From: Rhodospirillaceae bacterium
GTDB lineage: Bacteria; Pseudomonadota; Alphaproteobacteria; SHVP01
Length of the DNA stretch: 64,000 nt
NCBI GenBank assembly: GCA_002722055.1
Contig: PBKD01000014.1
Location: forward strand, 419,230-483,229
Reading direction: 5' to 3'
The notes under the pieces were generated by a model. It made no database searches. It was given only the letters and a program-made list of their open reading frames with translations, and was not told where the DNA came from. A program made the position numbers and the translations under genes. Shown here in pieces: positions 51,668-59,545 of the stretch (positions within the stretch are counted from its first letter, which is position 1; each line of letters starts with the position of its first letter).

Positions 51668-53235
51668 AACTTTATAAAATGATATTTAAAAATTTAAAAT
51701 TAATTTTACGACTTATCAAAATAACTACAATAATGGCAAAATATGATTGCCTTTTTCTATTGGATCACCTTGGGGTAGGGTTTTTACCAAAGCTTGTTGC
51801 AAGGTTTGTGTTACCAAAACCGTTAAAATCAGTCAAGGGACTTAGAGTAGGTCAGCGTCTCTCTAAAGCACTTCAAGAACTAGGGCCTAGTTTTATTAAA
51901 TTTGGCCAAACTTGGTCAACTAGACCAGACTTGATAGGTAATAGTTTTGCTGATGATTTAGCTGAACTAAGAGACAGGCTTCCTCCTTTTGAAATAGAAA
52001 ATGTTCGACAAATAATTAAAGAGAGTTTTGAAAAAGATATTGAGGAAATTTTTTTGAATTTTGATACTAGGCCAGTGGCAGCTGCAAGTATTGCTCAGGT
52101 CCACTTTGCTAAAACAATTTCTGGACAAGAAGTTGCAGTTAAAGTTCTAAGACCAGGAATTGAAAAAGCATTTAAACAAGATATAGATCTTTTCAAATGG
52201 TTGGCAAGTATAATTAATAGAACACAAAGCTATGCTGAGAGATTGAAGCCTCTAGAAATTATAAAAAAATTTGAAGAAACTTCTCTTTTAGAAATGGACT
52301 TAAGTATAGAAGCTGCAGCAGCTTCAGAACTAAATGAAAACTTCGATGACTGTGATTTTTATTACGTTCCAAAAGTATATTGGGGGCTAACCTCCAGAAG
52401 AGTTCTAACTACTGAAAGAGTGAACGGTTACTCTATTGGAGATAAAAATAAATTAATAGAAGAAGGTGTAGAATTAGAAACTGTTGTAGAAAACCTTTTA
52501 AAAAGCTTTCTTATTCAGGTATTTAGAGATGGTTTCTTTCATGCTGATCTACATCCAGGAAATCTTTTTGCTGATCAAAAAGGGAGGATAATCCCAGTTG
52601 ATTTTGGGATTATGGGAAGAATGGATGTAAAAAACAGGAAATACTTGGCAGAATTAATGTTTGCTTTCTTAACAAAAGATTATGAGAAAGTTGCAAATAT
52701 ACATTTTGATGCTGGGTATGTTCCTTCTACACAATCAAAGCAATCATTTGCTCTTGCTTGCAGGGCTATAGGCGAATCTGTTTTAGGTAAACCAGCACAT
52801 GAAGTATCAATCGGTAATTTATTATATAGGTTACTTAGAACCACAGAATATTTTAAAATGGAAACACAGCCTCAATTACTGCTTTTACAAAAAACATTAG
52901 TTGTAGCAGAGGGTGTTGCAAGGAATATAGATCCAAATCTAATTTTATGGGAAAAGGCACAAAATATCATTGAAAACTGGTTAAGAGAGAATATTAATTT
53001 TAAAATGAAAACTGAAGAGACTATAAAGATGAGTCTTGAAAGAATTAACAAAGTCCCTAGAATAATTGACAATTTAGACTCTATTTTAAAGCAATTTTCT
53101 GAAGAAAAAGAAAAGCAAGCAAGCAATTTATCAATTATGAAAGAAATAAACAGTAAATCTAGCTTTAAACTTAATCATTGGCTAATCCATATTTTATTGT
53201 TTATAATTATACTGTTTGTGTTGTTTAATAAATAA
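51664..53235 (+). CDS. ubiB: ubiquinone biosynthesis regulatory kinase-like protein UbiB (ABC1/ADCK family)
   Basis: 523 aa with AAASIAQVH, the HADLHPGNLF catalytic loop and a C-terminal TM segment; ATGA overlap with ubiE. Confidence 0.9.
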   Translation: MKLYKMIFKNLKLILRLIKITTIMAKYDCLFLLDHLGVGFLPKLVARFVLPKPLKSVKGLRVGQRLSKALQELGPSFIKFGQTWSTRPDLIGNSFADDLAELRDRLPPFEIENVRQIIKESFEKDIEEIFLNFDTRPVAAASIAQVHFAKTISGQEVAVKVLRPGIEKAFKQDIDLFKWLASIINRTQSYAERLKPLEIIKKFEETSLLEMDLSIEAAAASELNENFDDCDFYYVPKVYWGLTSRRVLTTERVNGYSIGDKNKLIEEGVELETVVENLLKSFLIQVFRDGFFHADLHPGNLFADQKGRIIPVDFGIMGRMDVKNRKYLAELMFAFLTKDYEKVANIHFDAGYVPSTQSKQSFALACRAIGESVLGKPAHEVSIGNLLYRLLRTTEYFKMETQPQLLLLQKTLVVAEGVARNIDPNLILWEKAQNIIENWLRENINFKMKTEETIKMSLERINKVPRIIDNLDSILKQFSEEKEKQASNLSIMKEINSKSSFKLNHWLIHILLFIIILFVLFNK

Positions 53236-53261
53236 TTTTTAATTTTTAAGGCAAAATTTAA

Positions 53262-53708
53262 TTGACTATAAAAATTGAAATAGAATGGTTAACTGGTAAT
53301 GACGACATAAAGTCACTTGCAAGAGCAACGCCTCACAGTGCTGGCTTTGACCTGCCTGCAGCAATTAAAAAATCAGTTGAAATACCTCCCTCATCTTTTA
53401 GTCTAATACCCCTAGGTTTTAAATTAGCTATTCCAAATGGCCTGGAGGGTCAAATAAGACCTAGATCAGGACTTGCAATTGACTCAGGTATTTCTGTTCT
53501 CAATAGCCCTGGAACTATTGATTCCGATTATAGAGGGGAATTGAAGGCAATCTTAATAAATTTAGGACAAAATACATTTACTATAAAAAGGGGTGATAGA
53601 ATAGCTCAACTTGTTATATCGAGACTCCCTAATATAACATTTATTGAGAGCAAAATCTTATCAGATACAACACGATCATCTAGTGGATTTGGTTCAACTG
53701 GAAGTTAA
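53262..53708 (+). CDS. dut: dUTP diphosphatase
   Basis: 148 aa with RSGLA, GTIDSDYRGEL and RIAQL motifs; start apparently TTG. Confidence 0.9.
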   Translation: MTIKIEIEWLTGNDDIKSLARATPHSAGFDLPAAIKKSVEIPPSSFSLIPLGFKLAIPNGLEGQIRPRSGLAIDSGISVLNSPGTIDSDYRGELKAILINLGQNTFTIKRGDRIAQLVISRLPNITFIESKILSDTTRSSSGFGSTGS

Positions 53709-53712
53709 AATT

Positions 53713-54492
53713 ATGGTTGATCGAAATTTAGAACTTAATGAGAGCCAAATACATAGATATTCAAGAAATATTTTACTAAATGATATTGGAGGAATTGGCC
53801 AAAAAAAATTACTTTCAGCAAAAGTTTTGGTTGTAGGGGCAGGTGGACTTGGATCACCAGTTTTATATTATTTAGCTGCATCTGGTATTGGGAATATAGG
53901 CATAATTGACCACGATCAAGTTGATATATCAAATCTTCAAAGACAAATACTTTATTCTACGAATGATATTAAAAGGAAAAAAGCCACAAGGGCTAAAGAA
54001 AAATTAATCTCTTTAAACCCAGATATAAATGTTAAAGTTTATACAGATAAACTTAATGTGAATAATATAAATAATGTAATTAAGGATTATGATTTTATTG
54101 CTGATGGATCTGATAATTTTGAAACGAGGTTTATTTTAAATGATAATTGTTTCTCACAGAAAAAAGTACTTATATCAGGAGCAGTACAAGGGTTTGAAGG
54201 TTATATTTCTACATTCAATTTTAATGATAAAATTTCCTCTCCATGTTATAGATGTATTTTTCCCGAACCTCCTCCAGATGATATAGTAGAAAACTGCTCA
54301 ACTGCAGGAATACTTGGATCAGTAGCAGGGGTAGTAGGATCAATTCAAGCAACAGAGATTGTAAAAGAAATTTTAGAAATAGGTGATAGTTTAACTGGAT
54401 GGTTAATAATATTTGATGGAATAAACAGTGAGTTTAGAAAAATAAAAGTACGCAAAGACCCTAAATGTTCTACCTGCAACATATTTACTTAA
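53713..54492 (+). CDS. ThiF/MoeB-family E1-like adenylyltransferase (sulfur-carrier-protein activating enzyme)
   Basis: About 260 aa with the GxGxxG nucleotide loop VGAGGLGSP, LQRQ and a C-terminal CxxC…CxxC (CYRC…CSTC). The start was chosen at ATG 53713 rather than the dut-overlapping upstream start in the ORF track. Confidence 0.8.
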   Translation: MVDRNLELNESQIHRYSRNILLNDIGGIGQKKLLSAKVLVVGAGGLGSPVLYYLAASGIGNIGIIDHDQVDISNLQRQILYSTNDIKRKKATRAKEKLISLNPDINVKVYTDKLNVNNINNVIKDYDFIADGSDNFETRFILNDNCFSQKKVLISGAVQGFEGYISTFNFNDKISSPCYRCIFPEPPPDDIVENCSTAGILGSVAGVVGSIQATEIVKEILEIGDSLTGWLIIFDGINSEFRKIKVRKDPKCSTCNIFT

Positions 54493-54915
54493 ATGAAAGA
54501 AGATAATTTAAAAATAATTCTCCATACCGAATTTATAGATAAAATTCATTATGGTCTAACTCTAGCATCAGCAAGCAGAGCTCTCGATAATAAAGTAACA
54601 TTATTTTTTGCTATGAAATCAATATACGCATTAGTAGAAAAGAATAAAAAATTAGGATGGACAGAATTAAAAACTGAAAACGGATCATCAGCAAAAATGT
54701 TCAATGAAAGTTTAATAGGAAAAAATATACCAAATTTCGAAGAATTAATTAAAATTTGTATAGATTTAGAAATAAATTTTATGATTTGCGAAATGGGAAT
54801 GAAGTTTTTAAACTTAAATTACTCTCAACTAAGAAAAGATATAAATTTTTTAGATGGTGGGCTTGTGACTCTACTTGAAAAACCATGTGACAATAGCTCA
54901 TTATTATTTATTTAG
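54493..54915 (+). CDS. small DsrE/DsrF(YchN)-like sulfur-relay-fold protein (tentative)
   Basis: 140 aa. The N-terminal strand-helix pattern KIILHTEFIDKIHYGLTLASASRALDNKVTLFF resembles the DsrE/YchN family. Its ATG directly abuts the ThiF/MoeB stop. Confidence 0.35.
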   Translation: MKEDNLKIILHTEFIDKIHYGLTLASASRALDNKVTLFFAMKSIYALVEKNKKLGWTELKTENGSSAKMFNESLIGKNIPNFEELIKICIDLEINFMICEMGMKFLNLNYSQLRKDINFLDGGLVTLLEKPCDNSSLLFI

Positions 54916-54917
54916 GA

Positions 54918-55907
54918 TTAAATTGTTGTTCCACTTATTACTCGATCTGGAGGCCGGTGACCATCCACCATAGTTCTAATATTAATTATAACACGTTCAC
55001 CCATTTCTACTCTTCCTTCTAAAGTTGCTGAACTCATATGAGGTAAAAGAAAAACATTTTTTAAATTTAGCAACCTTTCATCAATTAAGGGCTCTTTCTC
55101 AAATACATCAAGACCAGCACCCATGATTTTTTTTTCCTGAAGTAACTCTATCAACGTATCTTGATGTAGCACCTCTCCCCTTGATGTATTAACGATATAA
55201 GCATCTCTTTTTATTAATTTAAGTCTACGAGGAGATAATAAATGATATGTAGCTGGAGTATGTGGACAGTTCAAAGATATAATATCCATGCTTGATAGCA
55301 TTTGATCCAAGCTTGCCCAATAAGTTGCATTTAGCTCTTTTTCTATAGATTCTGCTACCCTATTTCTATTATGGTAATTTATATTCAAACCAAAACTTTT
55401 TGCCCTTCTAGCTACAGCAGAACCAATTCTTCCCATTCCTACTATCCCTAGTTTTTTTCCGTATATTCTTCTCCCAAGCATAAAATTAGGGGACCAACCA
55501 CTCCAATTTTTTTCTCTAATTTTTTTCTCTCCCTCGAATAACCTCCGTGGTACCGCTAAAATAAGTGCCATAGCAATGTCAGCGGTATCTTCTGACAATA
55601 CTCCCGGTGTATTTGTTACAAAAATACCTTTTTTATTAGCACTATCTATATCTATATGATCTACACCGTTACCAAAATTTGCTATTAATTTAAGATTTTG
55701 ACCTGAAGATTTGATAATTTCAGTATTTATTTTATCGGTGACTGTTGGAACAACAACATCAAATTCATTAAAAACTTTTTTTAAATCGTCACCATTAAGC
55801 TGCTTATCAGAGTTATTTACTTCAAGGTTAAATAATTCACTCATCCTATTTAAGATTATTTCTGGAAGCAACCTTGTTACATAAACATGGGGATTTTTTT
55901 TGAGCAT
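54918..55907 (-). CDS. D-isomer-specific 2-hydroxyacid dehydrogenase (glyoxylate/hydroxypyruvate reductase-like)
   Basis: 329 aa with the NAD loop GIVGMGRIGSAVARRA and the catalytic R…E…H arrangement. Confidence 0.85.
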   Translation of the reverse strand: MLKKNPHVYVTRLLPEIILNRMSELFNLEVNNSDKQLNGDDLKKVFNEFDVVVPTVTDKINTEIIKSSGQNLKLIANFGNGVDHIDIDSANKKGIFVTNTPGVLSEDTADIAMALILAVPRRLFEGEKKIREKNWSGWSPNFMLGRRIYGKKLGIVGMGRIGSAVARRAKSFGLNINYHNRNRVAESIEKELNATYWASLDQMLSSMDIISLNCPHTPATYHLLSPRRLKLIKRDAYIVNTSRGEVLHQDTLIELLQEKKIMGAGLDVFEKEPLIDERLLNLKNVFLLPHMSSATLEGRVEMGERVIINIRTMVDGHRPPDRVISGTTI

Positions 55908-56016
55908 ACCTAATTCTTTCTTTACTAAATATCTTTACCCATTTATTACTACTACAAAGTAAAATTAATAACTTATAGATAATAACGAGTTTATTAATAG
56001 GATAATTTTATAAAAA

Positions 56017-56526
56017 ATGCCCCCAAACATAAAAAAGTTAGTTTTTTTATTTCAAAATTTATTATTAATATCGGTTTTTATAGTTTTATTTTCACCTAAT
56101 ATTTTAGCTGACAAGCAAATTATATCACCATATTTTGGAAGTATAAAGTGGAATAAGGTAAATGTTCGAACTGGTCCGGGACAGCAGTATCCCATAGAAT
56201 GGGAATTTCATAGAAAAAACCTACCTATTGAAATAATAAGTAAATACGAAAATTGGTTAAAGATAAGATACTTAGATCAAGACACCGGTTGGGTTCATCA
56301 AAGACTTGTGTCTAAGTCACGCTATGTAATGATAAGTGGATCTACTCAAATACTTAGAAGTAACCCAGACAATAGCTCAAAGGCTATTTTAATCGTAGAA
56401 GATAAAGTGCTTGCAAAACTTTTAAGCTGCAATCAAAAGTGGTGTAAGGTTAGTATAAAGCAAAAAAATGGCTGGATACTTAAAAACTATCTTTGGGGAG
56501 TTTATCCAGATGAAATTCTAGAGTAA
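56017..56526 (+). CDS. secreted bacterial SH3-domain protein
   Basis: 169 aa with a signal peptide and two SH3b-like repeats (NVRTGPGQQYPI…; ILRSNPDNSSKAI…). Confidence 0.6.
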   Translation: MPPNIKKLVFLFQNLLLISVFIVLFSPNILADKQIISPYFGSIKWNKVNVRTGPGQQYPIEWEFHRKNLPIEIISKYENWLKIRYLDQDTGWVHQRLVSKSRYVMISGSTQILRSNPDNSSKAILIVEDKVLAKLLSCNQKWCKVSIKQKNGWILKNYLWGVYPDEILE

Positions 56527-56539
56527 AAAATATACAATT

Positions 56540-57139
56540 TTAATCTAGGTCTGAGATAAGAGAGTTCCTTAAATTATCATTAATTTTTTCTGAATAAAAA
56601 TACTCTGTATGATCAAAAGAAATTATAAATGGTTGACTAAAGTCCTTAATTAATTCTTTCTGTTTATTTGATAAAGGAAAATGCAAAAAGTGAACAGCGG
56701 AAGTTTTGCCATCTGATCTTGTTCTCTCAACATCATGTTCAGAATTAGCTAAAACTGAGTCTTCTCCAATAATCAATTTTATGCAATTCTCTATCCCTGA
56801 TACTTTTCTTAGAAAAATTTCTCTCTTTTCCTTAACATCTAATTCAAACATTAGAGTTGCCACTATTTCTGAACCACTAGGAACAAGCGATCTATAAGCT
56901 TCAATTTCTTCTTGAGCTTGTTGGAACCCACCTTTTTCAATATAAATCATTTCGTGTATTTGGTGCCAAATAGTTTCATAATTTTCAAAGAAGAAAGTTG
57001 CGTAGGGGCCAACGGACAATCTCCTGTTTCTTTTGGTTTCTACTATTTTTGTCTTTTTCTCTTTTCTAACTTTTTTATAACTCTCAGGATGGAGAATATC
57101 ATCTATTTTTATAGTTTTTTTTATATTATTCATTTGCAT
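56540..57139 (-). CDS. DUF3501-family protein
   Basis: 199 aa, the last gene of a rubrerythrin / Fe-S protein / DUF3501 operon; a family call by pattern memory, not by computation. Confidence 0.5.
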   Translation of the reverse strand: MQMNNIKKTIKIDDILHPESYKKVRKEKKTKIVETKRNRRLSVGPYATFFFENYETIWHQIHEMIYIEKGGFQQAQEEIEAYRSLVPSGSEIVATLMFELDVKEKREIFLRKVSGIENCIKLIIGEDSVLANSEHDVERTRSDGKTSAVHFLHFPLSNKQKELIKDFSQPFIISFDHTEYFYSEKINDNLRNSLISDLD

Positions 57140-58472
57140 AACTTTCCGCTAATATCTCAATTGGGTGATAGGTGCTTATTTTATATTTATTATTATTTGT
57201 TTCATTGGCTATTTCACAAAGATGTTGAGCCGCTAGAGGACATTCTGACACTATAACTGTATCTTCAGAGGAAAAGATTTTTTTTGATGCCATTCTTCCA
57301 TATTTCTTTGCCATGGGATATGTATTTTTTTTGACACCAAATGAACCCCCGTGCCCAGAACATTTATCTATTATTTTTATGTTTAAATCTGGAATGTTTT
57401 TCAGCATATCAACAGATTTAATGCCTATGTTTTGAGCTTTAGTATGACAAGCTATATGAAGAGATATATTGTTTTTCTTAATATTTTTTCCAAAAATAAA
57501 ATCTTCTTCTTTGGATATGTCTGATACATACTCACAAATATCTTTAGTAGCAGAACTAATCTTTTTTAACATATCATTTTCAGGGTCTAATAGTTGCCAT
57601 TCTGATTTAAGCATTAGACTACATGAGGGTGTAAGTGTTAAAATTGTGTAGCCTTTATTAACCCATGGTAGTAAATTGTTTGATATTCTTTTGGCTTTAC
57701 CAAGAACTGATGGAAGATCTCCAGCTTCTAATTTAGGCATACCACAGCACTCTGGATAAACAAACTCTACAATTATATTATTTTTCCTTAAAACTTTAAG
57801 TGCGGCTGAAGCAACTCGCGGCAAATTATAATTTACAAAGCATGTTGTATAAACCACAACCTTTCTTCTTTCTAATCCTGGCATACCATGATTTGTATAT
57901 TTTATCCTCTTTAGAAATTTATCAAATGTCTCCCGATTAAACTTTGGCAACTTAGCATCTTTATGAATGCCTGCAAAAAATTGTATTAATTTTCTAGATA
58001 TAATATTTTTTTTTGAAAAAAACCAATTTAAAATTGGGGCGAAATATGATCCAATTTTTCCAGTTAAATCTGTATTAAGTATAAATTTATTTATCAGTGA
58101 TAACCCGCTTTTTTTGATTTTTTTTGCATATCTATATCTTAACATTAAGTGTGGAAAATCAATGTTAAATTCATGAGGTGGCACATATGGACACTTTGAT
58201 AAAAAACACAAATCACATAAAGTACATGCCTCTACTACTGAATTAAAACTAGAACTATTGACAGAATCTAATTCACCCGTTTCAGATTCATCAATTAAAT
58301 CAAAGAGTCTCGGGAAAGAATCACACAGATTAAAGCACCTCCTACAACTATGACACACATCAAATACTCTACGCATTTCTGCATCTAGTTGTGATAAATC
58401 ACTAAAGCTAGCTTCCTTCCAGTTTAACGGATGCCTTGTAGGCGCACCTAAGCCTCCTTCTTTGGATGACAA
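57126..58472 (-). CDS. heterodisulfide-reductase-related (HdrD/GlcF/GlpC-like) Fe-S protein with two 4Fe-4S motifs and two CCG cysteine-rich domains
   Basis: 448 aa with CHSCRRCFNLCDSFP and CTLCDLCFLSKCPY ferredoxin motifs, then CCG-type repeats (…TTCFVNY…PECCGMP…; …ACHTKAQ…KCSGHGG…ECP). The start is probably TTG. Confidence 0.8.
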   Translation of the reverse strand: MSSKEGGLGAPTRHPLNWKEASFSDLSQLDAEMRRVFDVCHSCRRCFNLCDSFPRLFDLIDESETGELDSVNSSSFNSVVEACTLCDLCFLSKCPYVPPHEFNIDFPHLMLRYRYAKKIKKSGLSLINKFILNTDLTGKIGSYFAPILNWFFSKKNIISRKLIQFFAGIHKDAKLPKFNRETFDKFLKRIKYTNHGMPGLERRKVVVYTTCFVNYNLPRVASAALKVLRKNNIIVEFVYPECCGMPKLEAGDLPSVLGKAKRISNNLLPWVNKGYTILTLTPSCSLMLKSEWQLLDPENDMLKKISSATKDICEYVSDISKEEDFIFGKNIKKNNISLHIACHTKAQNIGIKSVDMLKNIPDLNIKIIDKCSGHGGSFGVKKNTYPMAKKYGRMASKKIFSSEDTVIVSECPLAAQHLCEIANETNNNKYKISTYHPIEILAESYANE

Positions 58473-58491
58473 AACTTACCTCTAAAGATTG

Positions 58492-58527
58492 AAGGAGAAT
58501 ATCTAACTGAAAATAAATATTCTCCTT
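58492..58527 (-). other. intercistronic stem-loop (11-bp stem) between the rubrerythrin and Fe-S protein genes
   Basis: AAGGAGAATAT…(14-nt loop)…ATATTCTCCTT perfect inverted repeat in the 67-bp spacer; a possible partial terminator or mRNA-stability element. Confidence 0.4.
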
Positions 58528-58539
58528 AGATTAAATTTT

Positions 58540-58962
58540 TTATTTATCTAAATTATCAAGTGCTTTTTGAAAACGTCCAGCATGAGATTTTTCTGCTTTT
58601 GCTAGAGTTTCAAACCAATCTGCTATTTCATCAAAGCCTTCATCTCTTGCAGTACGTGCCATTCCAGGATACATATCAGTATATTCATGAGTCTCTCCTG
58701 CTATAGCTGCTTTTAGGTTTGAAGCGGTGTCTCCTATAGGCTCCCCTGTTGCAGGATCTCCTACCTCTTCTAAAAACTCAAGATGCCCATGTGCATGGCC
58801 AGTTTCACCTTCTGCAGTTGACCTAAATACTGTTGAGACGTCATTAAAGCCTTCAACATCAGCTTTTTGTGCAAAGTATAGATAACGCCTGTTAGCTTGG
58901 GATTCCCCTGCGAAAGCATCTTTCAAGTTTTGCTCAGTCTTTGAATCTTTTAGTGAAGACAT
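58540..58962 (-). CDS. rubrerythrin (di-iron ferritin-like domain only, no rubredoxin domain)
   Basis: About 140 aa with [27 protein letters not shown] and the two ExxH di-iron motifs ([21 protein letters not shown]). The start was chosen at the ATG with an AAAGGA RBS rather than the upstream TTG in the track. Confidence 0.85.
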   Translation of the reverse strand: MSSLKDSKTEQNLKDAFAGESQANRRYLYFAQKADVEGFNDVSTVFRSTAEGETGHAHGHLEFLEEVGDPATGEPIGDTASNLKAAIAGETHEYTDMYPGMARTARDEGFDEIADWFETLAKAEKSHAGRFQKALDNLDK

Positions 58963-59046
58963 GAAATATCCTTTCAAAAAAATGTCTAGAATTTAAGAAT
59001 AATTTACAAGTAAAACATTTAGTCATTATGTAAGAATAAGTCAATA

Positions 59047-59063
59047 TTTAGAATGATTCTAAT
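59047..59063. promoter_or_regulatory. Irr-box / iron control element (ICE)-like palindrome TTTAGAA-TGA-TTCTAAT
   Basis: Matches the rhizobial ICE consensus TTTAGAA-N3-TTCTAAA at 16/17 positions. It lies in the 115-bp spacer about 85 bp upstream of the rubrerythrin ATG, immediately downstream of irr. Confidence 0.45.
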
Positions 59064-59092
59064 TAAACTTTTAAATTATTGGAATATAGTTT

Positions 59093-59545
59093 TTATTCAG
59101 AATGATTTTCAATATTAATTACAATATTTATTTGTTGGATTTTCTTCCCTTTAGGTAAGTCGGGTAGATTACTTATTTTTACCGAACCATCTGGAATATC
59201 ACTTAATTGTCCCGTAGATTTGTCATAAATATGATGATGTGGCTTTGTTATTGTATCGAAAAAAGATTTATTTTGATCTACGTATATCTCTTTAATAATT
59301 TCAAGTTCTACAAATTTATTTATTGTATTATAAACACTTGCTAATGCAACTTTTTTATTTTTTCTAATAAGTTCTTTGAAGATACACTGAACAGTAAAAT
59401 GTTTGGGATTTTTAGAAAATATCTCATTAGCAATAATCAATCTTTGTTTGGTAAATCGAAACCCTGACCTATTTAAAATTTTATCAATATCATTTAATAC
59501 AATTTTAATGTCCTTTTTGTTAATCACCAGTAACAATCCTATCAA
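59093..59545 (-). CDS. irr: Fur-family transcriptional regulator, iron response regulator Irr-like
   Basis: About 145-150 aa. It aligns by eye with Bradyrhizobium Irr: FTKQRLIIANEIF, VALASVYNTINKF (Irr: VSLATVYNTLNQL), SFFDTITKPHHHIY (Irr: TYFDTNVTTHHHYY) and the PDLPKGKKIQQINIVI tail. It has the HHH motif and no C-terminal Cys Zn-site. The true start may be an internal GTG, which would reduce the overlap with the upstream gene. Confidence 0.75.
   Translation of the reverse strand: MIGLLLVINKKDIKIVLNDIDKILNRSGFRFTKQRLIIANEIFSKNPKHFTVQCIFKELIRKNKKVALASVYNTINKFVELEIIKEIYVDQNKSFFDTITKPHHHIYDKSTGQLSDIPDGSVKISNLPDLPKGKKIQQINIVINIENHSE

Noticed and set aside
53644-53712. Upstream extension of the ThiF/MoeB ORF (track start 53644) overlapping dut by 65 nt
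   Set aside because: The extension would read MRAKSYQIQHDHLVDLVQLEVKI in an alternative frame across the dut C-terminus. The ATG at 53713 is followed directly by the conserved ThiF N-terminus (…LNESQIHRYSRNILL…), so the shorter ORF is preferred.
59096-59110. Additional AGAATGATT / AATCATTCT repeats resembling half ICE boxes at 59096-59110 and 60965-60977
   Set aside because: Both fall inside coding sequence, the C-terminal codons of irr (…ENHSE) and of pnp (…EENDS). They are most simply explained by the codons for Glu-Asn-His/Asp-Ser. Only the intergenic copy at 59047-59063 is reported.
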